Shown here in pieces: positions 1 to 12,440 of a stretch of DNA of 64,000 nt. Both the position numbers and the translations under genes were made by a program. Source of the DNA: Squalus acanthias (lineage: Eukaryota); NCBI GenBank assembly GCA_030390025.1, contig CM059425.1, forward strand, positions 163,496,001 to 163,560,000, written 5' to 3'. Position 1 is the stretch's first letter. Each line of letters starts with the position of its first letter. A model generated the notes under the pieces. It did no database searches, was not told the DNA's origin, and worked only from the letters and a program-made list of their open reading frames with translations.

Positions 1-129
1 ATGCACATTGAAGCAAGACAAAATAAAATGCACTGATTCAATATATTTTTCAGCCCTTTCTGCCTTTTTACAAATATTCAATATTTAAAAGAAGTTCCAA
101 ATGTGATTATTCAGCTCTTAAAGCTGAAT

Positions 130-1529
130 TACCTTCCTAAACTGAACAAATGGGAAAACTGCCTCAGCACGAACACAAATGGCTCAGCAAGCCAGGGAAG
201 GGGCACCCAGGGTCTCGCATGCAGCACTCCAGCTTTGTGCAGGGAGTCAACACTGCAAGACTGGCCCTCTACCCACAGGGACCAAGAGGCCCTCCAGAAA
301 GAACAATGTGGGAGTACATTACCAAGGCCGTCACTGCCAGCAGTGTCACCCCCACCACCTGGCTCCAGTGCCCAAAGAAGCTTCATGACCTCAGACCACT
401 GGTCAAGGTCAGTGAATGCATCTTCAAAAGCCATCACCTACCAACTGCACCACTAGCCTCACATACTGCTCAATGCAGGACCCCCAATCACTCATCTACC
501 AACAAGCTGCACCAATGACGAGGCACATCTACCATTCCTAGCATCACCTCACCCCCTTGGAGGAGACAGTGCAGGCCATTCTTGGCAGAGGCATGGCTGA
601 GCCCTTGGCCAAAGGCGGGGCTGAAAGGATACAAGATGCGGGTATCCTCGTACGTTATCCTCCTTCTGGTATGCACCTCTAGGTTTCCCGCCCTCCCGTC
701 AGCACAACTCCACCCTTGTGTCTTCCGCATTTCACACACCCAAGAAATGTGGCCTGCCCAGCCAATGGGTCAACAAGAAGAGGTAGACTGCCCAGCCAGT
801 GGGACCACAGGTGGATGATTCCATCCCGGATATCCCGGCCTCAAAGGGGCTGTCTGGGATGCATCCTTCCGTCTGATTCCTCCTCTTTGGCTTCCTCCTC
901 TTCTGCGTCTTGCTCTTCCCTTTGCAAGCGGATGCTGTAAATGTGAAATGACAGCATAAGATGCTGCAAATACTCAGCTGGTCAGGCAGCATGTCGACCT
1001 GAGACGTGAACTCCATGGATGTAGTGTGACCTGCTGAGTATTCGCAGCATATTCTGTCTTCTCAAAGGCGTTCACTTACCATCTGAGCCCTTGCAAGTGT
1101 CCAGCAGCAATCCTAAAAAAACTTTAAAAACTTTTCACATATATTGCAGCAAGCCACTACTTCAATAAAATCCAAAAAACACAGTCCAAACCCTCAAAAT
1201 TCAAACTTACCTGATTGATGTGCGTGTCCCTTTAACAGCTGCAGCTATCGCCACTGTCAGCATCTGTCAGCCTGCTTGCATGCCAGGTTAACCTGGCATG
1301 CTTAGGACCCAGTGCTGAATTGAGCGCTAGGGTCGAAGTTCGCGTAGGTGACGTTAAGTCGGCATTGCACGCCAACTGACGTCACCATGCCGCTATTTTT
1401 TTTTTTTTACAGGGCGCTGCTGGCAAAGGGACCCACGAATATGGCAGCCGTTGTGGGGACCGCCTCCAGCTGGCGCAAGAGCGGCAGCCGCCATTAACAG
1501 GTGATGGTAAGTATATGAATTTCTCGCCC
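130..1529. mobile_element. Degenerate, internally deleted PIF/Harbinger element (left end not seen)
   Basis: + strand Myb/SANT-like remnant (APRVS..VQGV..LYPQG..MWEYITKAVTASSVTPTTWLQCPKKLHDL, ~179-408). The - strand carries a transposase N-terminus-like remnant (~510-920). Right end ...aatttctcgccc at 1529 resembles the other Harbinger TIRs in the window. Confidence 0.7.
932..1060. mobile_element. Penelope-like terminal fragment forming an inverted repeat
   Basis: 961-984 and 1027-1050 are 22/24 inverted complements. The sequence matches the tail of the insertion at 47027-47323 (ctgctgagt..ttccagc). Confidence 0.55.
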
Positions 1530-1730
1530 TATATAACAACTTGACTGCCTCTGCTGCAGATTGGCATCTGCTGAATCACACAATTAGATTCTTTGTGAGC
1601 ACTCTAGTGTCTACTGTCCTGAACATTATGATGCATAGGGTGCAGACAAATGAGAACACAATAACACCTAAACTACAAAAGACTGGAAATTGCTCTTGGC
1701 GCTCTATTCAGGCATTATAAATGCAAGTTC

Positions 1731-1806
1731 TTTATCTTTTATCTTTCTTTCATCTTTTATCTTTTATCTTTATCGTTTTATCTTTATCTTTTTATCTTTT
1801 ATCTTT
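1731..1806. repeat. (TTTATC)n-like microsatellite
   Basis: Imperfect tandem tttatc/ttttatc units. Confidence 0.9.
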
Positions 1807-2434
1807 AAGGTTTTTGGGAGTAACGAAGCTTATTGTCTTCCACACAATTTTGTTGTTTCAGTCTGTGGGCTCAAATGTGAGATATATCTCCCATACAGCA
1901 GACTAACCAATAAAAAGAGAGGATCTTTAATCCTCAATCAGCTGGAGCTCGTTAAGCAGCTGAACTTGTATTATAACAGCAAGCGCAGAACATTAATGAT
2001 CAAGATTGCTATAAAATTAGTTATTACAGAGTGACAGAAATCAGGCCTACTGACCAGGCACTGTGAGGCCTGTAGGGAGCCATGGAGAGGAGGCACCCAA
2101 TTAATAGAGTCGATGGTCATCCTCTCCTCCCACAATCACCTGGTGCATCATGAATGGAAGGAGGTGGCAGCAAGTGGGCAGCACCAGTTAACTATCACAA
2201 AGCCAGATATGGTTGATAAGCAGCCTTTCTACTCCCCAGTACACAGCCCAAGAAGGTCTAGAGTTCCAGAAAGCTGTCAGTGAAACCCTACAGCCTCTCA
2301 TTGCACATACTCCTTTTACTGGGGAATCACATAGAAGAAATTGTACATTAGGTGCTAGACATCACAGCATGAAGGGGAAGCACCATTGCAAAACACACTG
2401 ACATCATTCAGATATCACTCAATGCATTCAGTAA

Positions 2435-2590
2435 ATTCTGGAAATCCATACCTACCAGTATTGTGGGAATATCTTCACCACATGAACTGCAGTAGTTCAA
2501 GAAGAAGGCTCACCACCACCTTCTGAAGGGAAACTAGGGATGGACAATAAATGTTGGCCTTGCCAGCGATGCCCATATCCCAAGAATTAT
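2435..2590 (+). mobile_element. 3' tail fragment of the tRNA-headed LINE family
   Basis: Matches the 3' end of the 56570-59710 copy (caccaccttct..agggatgg..aataaatgttggccttgccagcga). Confidence 0.8.
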
Positions 2591-3769
2591 TTTCTTTTTA
2601 ATTCACATCTTCCTGTTTAGCCTTCTAAGGCACTGCTTTTCAGCCAGTCGCAGGTGGTTGTGCCTGGAATGGTACACCCTATAGGTAATATAGTTGTGGG
2701 TCCATTAGCCCTTTCCTGCTAATCTACCTCAGTCAAGTAGAGTGTTAAAGGAGTACTGAATCCCCAACGTGTTGTGTATACAAAACAAAAATGTCTGGGA
2801 ACCCTCACAAAACAGAAATTTGCTGTTCAACTCCCCATTTCAGTGATGCTGGTTCAGTCGTAATGCCCAGGTTATATGGGCAGCAGGAATGCAGACGCTC
2901 TGCAAGATAGTTTATTGCCAGATCATCAGCAATTATGCCAGCATTATTGCCCCTTATTAAGATGATATATGCATTGTGCACTTTAGCACAAAGACACCTA
3001 CAATCATGATCAGCAATATGGAATAGAGAGCATTTGGAAATGTGTACTGTGCTGCACCCCCAGGTTTACTACCCCATTGCCCTGAATTGTAACTGGTGTA
3101 ATTCTTCATGTGGACAATAACTTTTAGGTTAAAGTGTGAGTTTAACACACTGAACTTTCTACTATTAATCTGATGCAAAGATTCTACTGTAGTGCTGAAA
3201 AAATTTATAACCCTTGGCAGCTCTTCAACTGCTTCCTCAAATGAATACCTCTTGTCTGAGGAAACTGGTGACATGAATATAAATGTAATATGTTCTCAAC
3301 TCTTTTAGTTGAGGACTTTGCTGACTTTCCCACGGGAAAGTTAAAAAATAACTTGTTTTCTTACAATACAGAACCAGTACCACATTTTTCTTTCAACCAA
3401 TTCTCTTAGATGGATAGAATGAATCATTTTTGTAATCCTAGTTGCACATCTTTTTTCCAGCCTATCCAGGAAAGTGTTTATATTAATTTTAGTGATTTAC
3501 TTACACCTTCTGCTATGAAGATGTACAACATCTCTTTCTGTATGTTTTACATTAGTACCTTCTTTAACTCCTTCTAACTGGTAACTATTTGAAAAGTGAG
3601 TCCTATATTCTATTCAGTTGAATAGATGACCCAAAATCCAATCCCCATTTGTTATTGTAATCTCTCCAAACTCATCCATCTAGAAAAAAAAATGTTGTTT
3701 CCCAATCATGGCATCCAGCTGTTTCATCCATCTCACATGGCTTCTCTACTCCCATGGTCTCCATCATGG

Positions 3770-4920
3770 TCAAGGCCAACTTCAATCACTCCCTTGTATC
3801 ACTCAATTCCTCTACCCTCTTCCAATCCCTCTTCTACATCTGTCTCTGAGGGAAAAAAGTTCCCTCAAGTCTCTTACAATTGCACTTTCGAGTTGCCAAC
3901 TGCCTAGCTTTTGGCCTTTAATTGCCAAGATACTTCTGCAGCTGTTGATCTGCTCAACCACTCCCTCTCCCCTACTTTTGATGCCCTTGACCGAATGAAA
4001 CCTATCCTCTCCCATCCTGATCAAGATCCCGGTATGGCCACGTCTTTGCTCCCTCAAGTCCAAAGGGTGTAGACGAGAGTGTATCTGGTGCACAACTGGT
4101 TTGGCCATCTATCAGACCTGGCTGCACCACATCAAATGCTACTGGGCCTCATTTCCTCTGCCAAAACCACTCACTACTCTAGGATCATTCTGGAGAGCAT
4201 CTTTTCTCCACTACCAACAGTCTTCTTAAACCCCTCTCCCCTTCCCCGTTCTACTCTTCCTCCAACAAGTGCGAGCAGCTCATGGACTTGTCACATAAGA
4301 CTGAGACCATCCATTCAGCTGCCTCTCATGTTTCTTCAATTTCCCTTTTCCCACCAAGCCAAAACTCCCTCCAGGCTGCCCCCTGCCTAAGCCCTGATCT
4401 CACATCTTTCCTTAGTTTCTCTCCTATCTCCTTATCGCCGCTCTGAACTCATCTTGTCTGTGAGACTCAACTCCTGCTCCCTTGACTCCATTCCCACTAA
4501 ACTGCTGATCACCCAATTTCTCTTCCTGGCAACTAGCTGACATTGTAAATGGTTCCCATTCCTCAGGTACTGTCCCCTCCCTTTCAAAACCACAGTCATC
4601 ACCGCCCATAAAACCCACCCTAAACTCCTCTGTCCTTGCAAACTACCGCTCCATCTCTAACGTCTATTTATCCCTCAATCAATAATAACAAAAACAGATT
4701 ATCTGGTCATTATCACATTGCTGTTTGTGGGAGCTTGCTGTGCGCAGATTGGCTGCTACGTTTCCTACATTACAACAGTGACTACACTTCAAAGGTACTT
4801 CATTGGTGGTAAAGCGCTTTGAGATGTCTGGCGGTCGTGAAAGGCGCTATATAAATGCAAGTCTTTCTTTCTTTCTATCCTCTCAAGTCCTTGAGCGTGT
4901 TGTCAGCTCCCAAATTATAT
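3770..4920 (+). mobile_element. Old L2-like LINE fragment interrupted by a SINE
   Basis: Broken frames give RT-proximal motifs (IPTKLL, IVNGS..SGTVP..FKT.VI, LANYRSISN); CT-rich decayed sequence. Confidence 0.6.
4666..4875 (+). mobile_element. 5'-truncated Deu-domain-type SINE with L2-like tail
   Basis: tggtcattatcacattgctgtttgtgggagcttgctgtgcg...gtgaaaggcgctatataaatgcaagt(cttt)n; same family as 35355-35772. The Deu-domain label is from recall. Confidence 0.75.
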
Positions 4921-5495
4921 GGTGCCTTACAAGATCTTCCAGGGAGGTAAACAAACTAGGCTTTTAGCCAGTGCTTTTTGTTGGGAAGTCTGTGAGTAGG
5001 AAAAGGCTTTCTTAGCTTTTTAAAAGTCATTTTCTGTAAATCTCCAATGCCAAATGTTATAAAGTGAAAAACAATTCTTAATTTATAGTGCTATTGAATT
5101 CATTCATTTGAATGCAAAAGAACGACTGCAGTTCTCAGAAGAGGTATGCACAACAAATAAAGTGCAGCTGAGAGAACAATAAGTAGCAGGAATCTGTGGA
5201 GGAGCATACTGATGGGATGGTGAGTTACTAGTATTCTTTTGAGTGGGAAAGAGCAGTAATTTAGCAGCAGACATGTCCTTGGCACAGGTAAGTGAATTCC
5301 TGAACTCTGGCACTGCTGAAATGGGAATCATTGATCCATTGGAACTTGGGGTAAGCTTTACATTCAGTCCAGAATGAAGGCTGTCTGGTGGTACAATATG
5401 TTGATGTACCAATGTACTGCAGATTTGAATGGGTGGATATTATTTTCATCCCATAAATTTCTCTTACTGTGAGTTCATTATCAGCTGGGGCAATG

Positions 5496-8450
5496 TGGCT
5501 GGAATTATCCCTACCTGGGCAGGTCCAGTGCGGGGGGTGGCCATGGCGGGTCTCGACCCCGTTGCTGGCTCCATCCGGCTCCACAGGACGAGTTTACGTT
5601 AATAGGGCCTATTAAGCCCGCCCTGCGCGTTACCCGGTTCAATGAAATGGCGCGGGTCTGGTGACGTCATTCATGGTGAGTTTTCAGCCGGGATCTTTAA
5701 AGAGGCCATGGCCACATTACATTTGAAGGTTAATGTAACATAATACTGTCAGTGCACTACAGCATTGGAGTGCTGCAAACACTTGGACAATGACTGCACA
5801 GAGGCAGAGGGTGCACCCAGGTTCTCCGATGACTCCCTCCTTATGCTTATGGAGGGAGTCAGAGCACGCAGGGAGGTCCTCTTCCCTTCCAATGGGCGAA
5901 AGAGACCTCCTCAGGAGACCAAAACAGCCTGGTTGGAGATTGTAGAGGAGGTCACCAGCAGGGAAGTGGTCAGGAGGACCTGGGAGCAGTTCGCAAATGT
6001 TTCAATTATCTCATTAGATCAGGAAACATGAGTACAACGCCACACTCATCCTCATCCTGCTGTGCCTCTCATCACATCCCATCACTCTGCCTTCCCAACC
6101 CTACTCCTGCACATACTTACTCACACCAACTTACCTTGCACATCCACCCATCCCTCGCTTTCTATCTACATTATCACATCCCCATTGCACTAGCCACCCC
6201 TCACACTCACCCTCATCCTAGTGCAATCATACCAACTAAAAACACACAAGGAAGCCACTTGTCTTTGGCACCCCACTCCATCATAGTCTCCCTCTAAAGA
6301 TGTAACCCCTCCATTCCTTACACTCATTCCATCACTCTCACTCAACATTCTCTTCTTTCCCTCCTTGCAGGAAAAGAGAACCCACAATAAGAGGGAGAGG
6401 GAGAGAACTGGCGGTGGCCCTCCATCATTTGCAAACTTGACAACAGCAGAGGAGGCTGCTTTAGAAATATTTAGTCGTCAAGCAGCTGGAGGTGGGAGAC
6501 AGAGAGAGGGGGACATCTCAGCAACCTGGTGACAATTACATATCATACAGCTACATGGCATACATCAGTCACTCATATAGGGACTGATGTCAGCAGCCAG
6601 TGAATGGTCATCATGTGCCTAATGGTATCTGTACCCATTCTTTATATGACATATCAAACTGATCTCTTTACTCTCCCACAGGTCCATCAAGAGCACCCCC
6701 CCCGCCCCCCCACTGTCCAGGCGGAAGCGGAAGACAACTCCTCAGAGGAGCATCCAGCCTCTGAGGGCGCACCGTCACCAGACATGAGTGCACCCAGCAC
6801 CAGCGCAGATACACACACCTCGGTGGGTGCCACACGAGATAGATTAGTGTTGTCACCTGGTGTCTCACAAGTCACAAGTGAGCAAGAGCAGATGGTGGAG
6901 ACAGGGACAGCAGTGGAGACTCCTCGCCAGAGGGTGCAGGACACACCCAGCTCTGCTCAGCTGCATGCAGACGCTGAGTCTTGGGGGCCATCCAGAAAGA
7001 GGGTGACCCTGGAGGTGCAGCAAGAAGTGCAGGGGAGTCTGACAGGTTTTGCAACTGCGATGTCTGCAAATGTTCAGAGAATGGAGGAGTCCATCTCCAA
7101 CATGAGCACCACCGTGTCACAGGCGATGGCGACTGTAGGCTCTTCCATGGATAGGATGGCCACCTGCATGGAGCAGCTAATGTGCCATTCACAGGAGCAC
7201 ATGGTCTCTATGGAGAATAGATGGCTTTCTATGGAGGATAGATGGCAGACACTCATAGACCTCCTCTCTAGGAGGGATGTCAGCGTAGATGTGTGTCTTC
7301 ATTGCCCTACTCGTGCAGCAAGATGCTCTCCAGCTCCTTGGCAGCAGGGAAGTGAGCAGGCTGCCTCTACCTCTGCTGAAACCACAGGGCTAGCACCTGG
7401 TAGAAGCACACAGAAGAGAAAGATGGCACACAAGTCGATTCACATGGGTAGCCAATGTTTATATAAAATTTCCGTTAATGTGCTGTCAAACATAAGAATC
7501 TTTATTTTTACCACTTTCCGGTCTTGGACAGATTTGTGTGCACCTTTGGAAGTGGCTTAGTGAGTTGCAGTGACTGGTGAGACATAACGGTACCTCCAGC
7601 AATGGTGGTGTGTGTGAAAGGAATGGCTTGGTCATTGCTGGGGTGCTTTATGGTGTTGGTGTGGAGTGGTGCCAACCTGGCGCATCATGTGGCAGCCAGG
7701 GTATACAGCGTAAAGTTAACTAAATCTGGCTATGATGAGGCTATCCCTGGCCTCCCGGGCAGCAATGTGCTCGGGTGCTGATGCCCTCTGCGCTGTGCAG
7801 CATCAGGTGATTGCGGAGAAGGTTGGTGGCGTTGGTGCTGCTGGTGTGCCTGGTGCTGCTGGTGTTGGGGCTCATCGTGGTCCGATTCTGAGGACCAAGG
7901 TGAGACAGTATAAACGGCACCCATGTTGATGGAATAGATGGCAGGTGAAGTAGAGATGACAGAAGCAATTTGTCAATGGTGAGAGAGGTGCTTCCAATGA
8001 GGTGACACTGGATGGAGACTTTGCTGGAAAGACTTGCAGCCTGCAGAATCTGTGCTGGCAATGCAGTGAGCAACAGCTTCTGGCTGAGTAGTGATCAGCT
8101 GTCAGGTGGGAGCTTTTATATTACATTTCATGCTGTCAACTAATCAGCTGGAGCAATGGCCACTCAACTCCCAACTCAGGTTGACAGATGTGGTTCCCGA
8201 GCAGCGTGGTTTCCGTGGCCATGCAGGTAAATTTAAAATGTAGGGGGGAAAAAGGCTCTTAAATGTCTGTAAACAAGCTGATAATTTGAATTAGGTCGCC
8301 CACCTTTGCTGCCGTACCGGCAAATGCGCCCGAGGGAAAGGCGCATGGGGGCGGGATGACGGCGGGTTCCCGACCCGCTCCCACTTTTTTCAAATTTCCC
8401 ACCCGACCTGCCTCCATTCCCACCTGCACAGACCCCAGAAAATTCCGACC
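5496..8450 (+). mobile_element. Non-autonomous Harbinger keeping a 3-exon Myb-like gene, transposase core deleted
   Basis: Imperfect TIRs (tggctggaattatc / gaaaattccgacc) with ATG on both flanks (5493-5495, 8451-8453). Myb gene on +; transposase N- and C-terminal remnants on - (7717-7924, ...AAREARDSLIIARFS*). Confidence 0.8.
5765..7560 (+). pseudogene. Harbinger Myb/SANT-like (trihelix) gene, decayed
   Basis: Exon 1 reads APRFSDDSLLMLMEGVRARREVLFP..WLEIVEEVTSREVVRRTWEQ, with a frameshift and a donor mutated to atgagt. Exon 2 from 6371 reads EKRTHNKRERERTGGGPP..LTTAEEAALEI. Exon 3 from 6682 is a long low-complexity/helical ORF. Confidence 0.75.
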
Positions 8451-9525
8451 ATGGCGTGAAAGAAACCTATTTCTCAATGTGCCAAGTGCTTCTCAAAGTG
8501 GGACAACAGATTTAACTGCTTCACTCTCGTATAACCTCCTTGTGGAGGGTTACTGAGCAGCATTAGCATATCAGGTCACATGCCCACCTCACTGGTCTGA
8601 AAATGGCGAGTGATGCAGGGGCAGTGGCTAGTTCTTGGGGGAGTAAATAAAACTTATAAGGAAAAATGGATACATTTGAAAAGAAAATGAATTTTGTTGG
8701 TTCACTCTATCAAACGCTATAGAGTTGTGAAGGTTTTGTTCATCCCTTAAAATAAATCAAGATGATTTTCAAGGGCATGTAATATCACTGAAATTAAATT
8801 GCTTTGGTTTAACAATTGCAATGGAAAGAAATAATCGTAGCCAAGTCTTAAATCAGCTATAATATTGCAAGCAAGACATTTAGGGCGTTTAAATCAATGG
8901 TTAGTGTCAACTTGAAAAGGTCACAAAATATGATATTGTACAGTGAAATCTGCTGACTTGAAAGAAAAGAACGTTAATTAAAAACCTCAAGTATATTTCC
9001 TGCACATTTTTGATTAAATGTAATGCAAAAATAAGGTATTAACACACATGTAACTGTATTCTGGCTGCATATAGCACAAGCCACTACATGATCATCTTAA
9101 ACTTCAGTAGGTGGAAGATTGAACACCATCAGACTGTGACTTAGGCTACAAACTATTGGACAGGTTTAGTGAGTATTAAACGGGTAAATGAAGAGTACTT
9201 GGTACAAACATTATATTTACAGTATTTATAAACTTTACTATGCTCTTCAGGAATATCAAACAACAAAAACGCTCTGCACCAAATACTGAACCTTTGAAAC
9301 ATGGTCCCTTACGGCTTATATGGTGGTTCACTACCACAGAATCTTCAGCCTATCCTACCACTGTTGGCTTCAGAATAACTGCTGACTGAGAGAAAGTCAG
9401 CTTCAGATGTACTATTTAAAATCCTTTGGAGATACTTAAAGTAGGATTCAAAAACATCACAGCCTGCCTGCATCAAACCAAGATATCAATAGAAGCAGTG
9501 TCAGGAAATGCTTCTTAGGAATAAT

Positions 9526-10274
9526 GGGGGAAAAATTGTGTTGCTTTGCGCCTCCCGTTAGCGCCCCCAGGGGGCGCTAAAGAGGCGCAAAGCCCCAGCG
9601 CCCGGGCGCGGCGCCGTTAGCACCTCCCGTGAAATTCAGCGGGAGGTTAGCGGCGGCGGTAGTCGGTAGTGCCTCGCGGCACTGCAGCGTCGACTATGAC
9701 ATCATCGCCGTGCGCAGCGCCCCGCTCGCGCCCCAGCCGCAAACTTCGGTTGCGCCCCCTGATCTCTCGCTGGACAATATGTCCGACAGGGTCAGGGTGA
9801 CGTTTTTGCAGCCGCGGCCGCATAAGTTAAAAAGCAGGTGTTAGGTGGCCATTTTTTTTTTGGCCGACTGCCAGCACCTGCACCCTTCCCCTTTTTTCTT
9901 CAGGGTGCCGGCGCGATCGCTCAGCCCGGCACTCCTCCTGAGTGACGGGCTGTTTTCCCGGCACTCCGTTCCCCGGTGGTCCAGCAGGGCCCTGGTGCGT
10001 GCAGTGCTAGGCCCCTCCCCTTTAATCAGGGGAAGGAGGCCTGCAATACCGCAGCGTAACATGCCGGCGCGCGTGACGCTGTTGCACGTAGCGCCGCGAA
10101 ATTCACTGGTAGCGCCCCAAGAAGGAGGGGGAGCGCTTCCAGTAGCACCCCGCCTCCTGCTTGGGGCGCTACCACTGAACTTACGGCGCAGGGGCGCTAA
10201 CTTTTTCGGGGCGCTAAAAGTAGTGCCCTGGTGAAGTTAGCACCCCAAAGGGGGCCCCACCAAATTTCTCCCCC
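9526..10274. mobile_element. CpG-rich Harbinger-type MITE
   Basis: TIRs gggggaaaaatt / aatttctccccc, flanks aat/aac. Many tagcgcc/ggcgcta subterminal motifs; one end is homologous to the MITE at 41901-42793. Confidence 0.85.
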
Positions 10275-10663
10275 AACATGTCCTACCCATTCCAATCTTC
10301 TCGTAACAACACACCGTGTTACTACATTCAGGCCCCTCTTCCACATTAAATTAGTGTTGGTTATTGTGTACTCCCAGCTGAAACAGTGTCAGCTGATACA
10401 ATGTGTTCCAGAAGCATCTAATCTTTGCTCCTGTGCTTTCATCAGGGTCCAGCTCATAGCCCCATACAGAAGTGTCAGTTAAGTACTAGCTTCCTACACT
10501 ACTCTGATTACATCCAGTGATATGCCACTTCTCATCCACAGTAGTCCATAGTTTTTCAAAAATATTTCCAGCTGGAGCAACACATTTCGTCATCTCATTC
10601 CTGTGTAGAAAAAAATGTACAAACAACAATAAGCGAATCCCGTATCACTGAACTTGAATGTGA

Positions 10664-11515
10664 TCATAGAATCATAGAAATTTACAGCACAGAAGGAGTC
10701 CATTCAGCCCATCTTCTCCGTGCTGGCCGACAAAGAGCTATCCAGCCTAATCCCACTTTCCAGCACTTGGTCCGTAGCCTTGTAGGTTAGGGCACTTCAA
10801 GTGTATATCCAAGTACTTTAAAATGTGATGAAGGTCTCTGCCTCCACCACCCTTTCAGGCAGTGAGTTCCAGACCCCCACCACCCTCTGGGTGAAAACAT
10901 TTCTCCTCAAATCCCCTCTAAACCTCTGACCAATTACTTTAAATCTATGCCCCCTGGTTATTGACCCTTCTGCTAAGGGAAATAGGTCCTTTCTATCCAC
11001 TCTATCTAGGCCCCTCATAATTTTATACACCCCAATTAGGTCTCCCCTCAGCCTCCTCTGTTCCAAAGAAAACAACCCCAGCCTCTCCAATCTTTCCTCA
11101 TAGCTAAAATTTTCCAGTCCAGACAACATCATTGTAAATCTCCTCTGTACCCTCTCTAGTGCAATCACATCTTTCCTGTAATGTGGTGACCAGAACTGCA
11201 CGCAGTACTCTAGCTGTGGCCTAACTAGTGTTTTATACAGTTCAAGCATAACCCCCCTGCTCTTATATTCTATGCCTCGGCTAATAAAGGCAAGTATCCC
11301 GTATGCCTTCTTAACCACCTCATCTACCTGACCTGCTACCTTCAGGGATCTGTGGACATGTACTCCAAGGTCCCTCTGTTCCTCTGCACTTATCAGTGTC
11401 CTACCATTTATTGTGTATTCCCTTTCCTTGTTAGCCCTCCCCAAATGCATTACCTCGCACTTGTCCGGATTGAATTCCATTTGCCACTGTTCTGCCCACC
11501 TGACCAGTCCCTTGA
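10664..11515 (-). mobile_element. CR1 LINE 3' fragment
   Basis: ORF 10818-11570 encodes the CR1 ORF2 C-terminus (WQMEFNPDKC, RPQLEYCVQFWSP, WNSLP). The tail repeat (atcatagaatcataga on +) is at the left end. Confidence 0.95.
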
Positions 11516-11782
11516 TATTTTTTGTATTGAGTAACTGTAATATTAGAGTTTTGCTGTCTGTACTCAGCAATCAACATCATATTTCAGGCTGATATTTTTC
11601 AGAGAGGAAGGGAGGCAGCAAGCCAACAAAATTTGATACTGAGGAAGTTTGTGTATCCATTTGACTAGCATTACACTGAACAGTATCATGGTAGCAGTCA
11701 GTCCTCTAAGTTGATTGTTTTATGACATTGAACTCAACCATTATATAACTACTGACACAAGAAATGTTGCCATTGTCAGACA

Positions 11783-12440
11783 TCACAGAGAATCATAGAA
11801 ATTTACAGCACAGAAGGATACCATTTGGCCCATTGCACCTGTGCCAGCTTGTGAAAGAGCTATCCACTTAGGCCCATTTCCATCATCTTTCCTCATACAC
11901 TTTTTAAATGTTGTTCTTATCAAATATTTATTCACATCTCTTTTAAAAGCTATTATGGATCCTGCTTCCACCACTGTTTCTGGTACGTCTTAAAATCCCT
12001 CAGTGTAAAAAAGAATTCTCCTAACCTCTCCCTTCATTGTTTTTGGAGATGATCTTAAAATTTATGCTCTCTAATTATTGATACGCCAACCATTTCAAAA
12101 CCACTCATTATCTGGAACATTTCTATCAGACCTCCTCTTAACCTTCTCTGTTCAAGTGAAAAGAGCCCCCAGTCTCGTCTCTTATAACTAAAGCCTCTCA
12201 TCCCTGATATCACCTTGGGAAATCACTCCTGTACCCTCTCCATTGACTTGCCATTCTTCCTCTGTTCAAAACTCATTACAACATTCTAACTGCAACCTAA
12301 CCAATGATTTGTATCGCTTTACTCTATTTGTACTCTATGGCTCTATTTATAAAACTTAGGGCCTTCTATGCTTTTCATCAAGCTTTGTCAACTCTTCTTC
12401 CAACTGTTAAACTTTGTGTATCTGAACCCCTAAGTCATTC
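11783..12440 (-). mobile_element. Older CR1 LINE 3' fragment
   Basis: Same tail and 3' UTR as 10664-11515, more diverged. Confidence 0.8.

Noticed and set aside
5100..5295. Possible upstream RHOBTB3 exon ending at the CAG/gtaagt donor near 5287
   Set aside because: No frame resembles the expected Rho-domain sequence; the preceding exon appears to lie upstream of the window.
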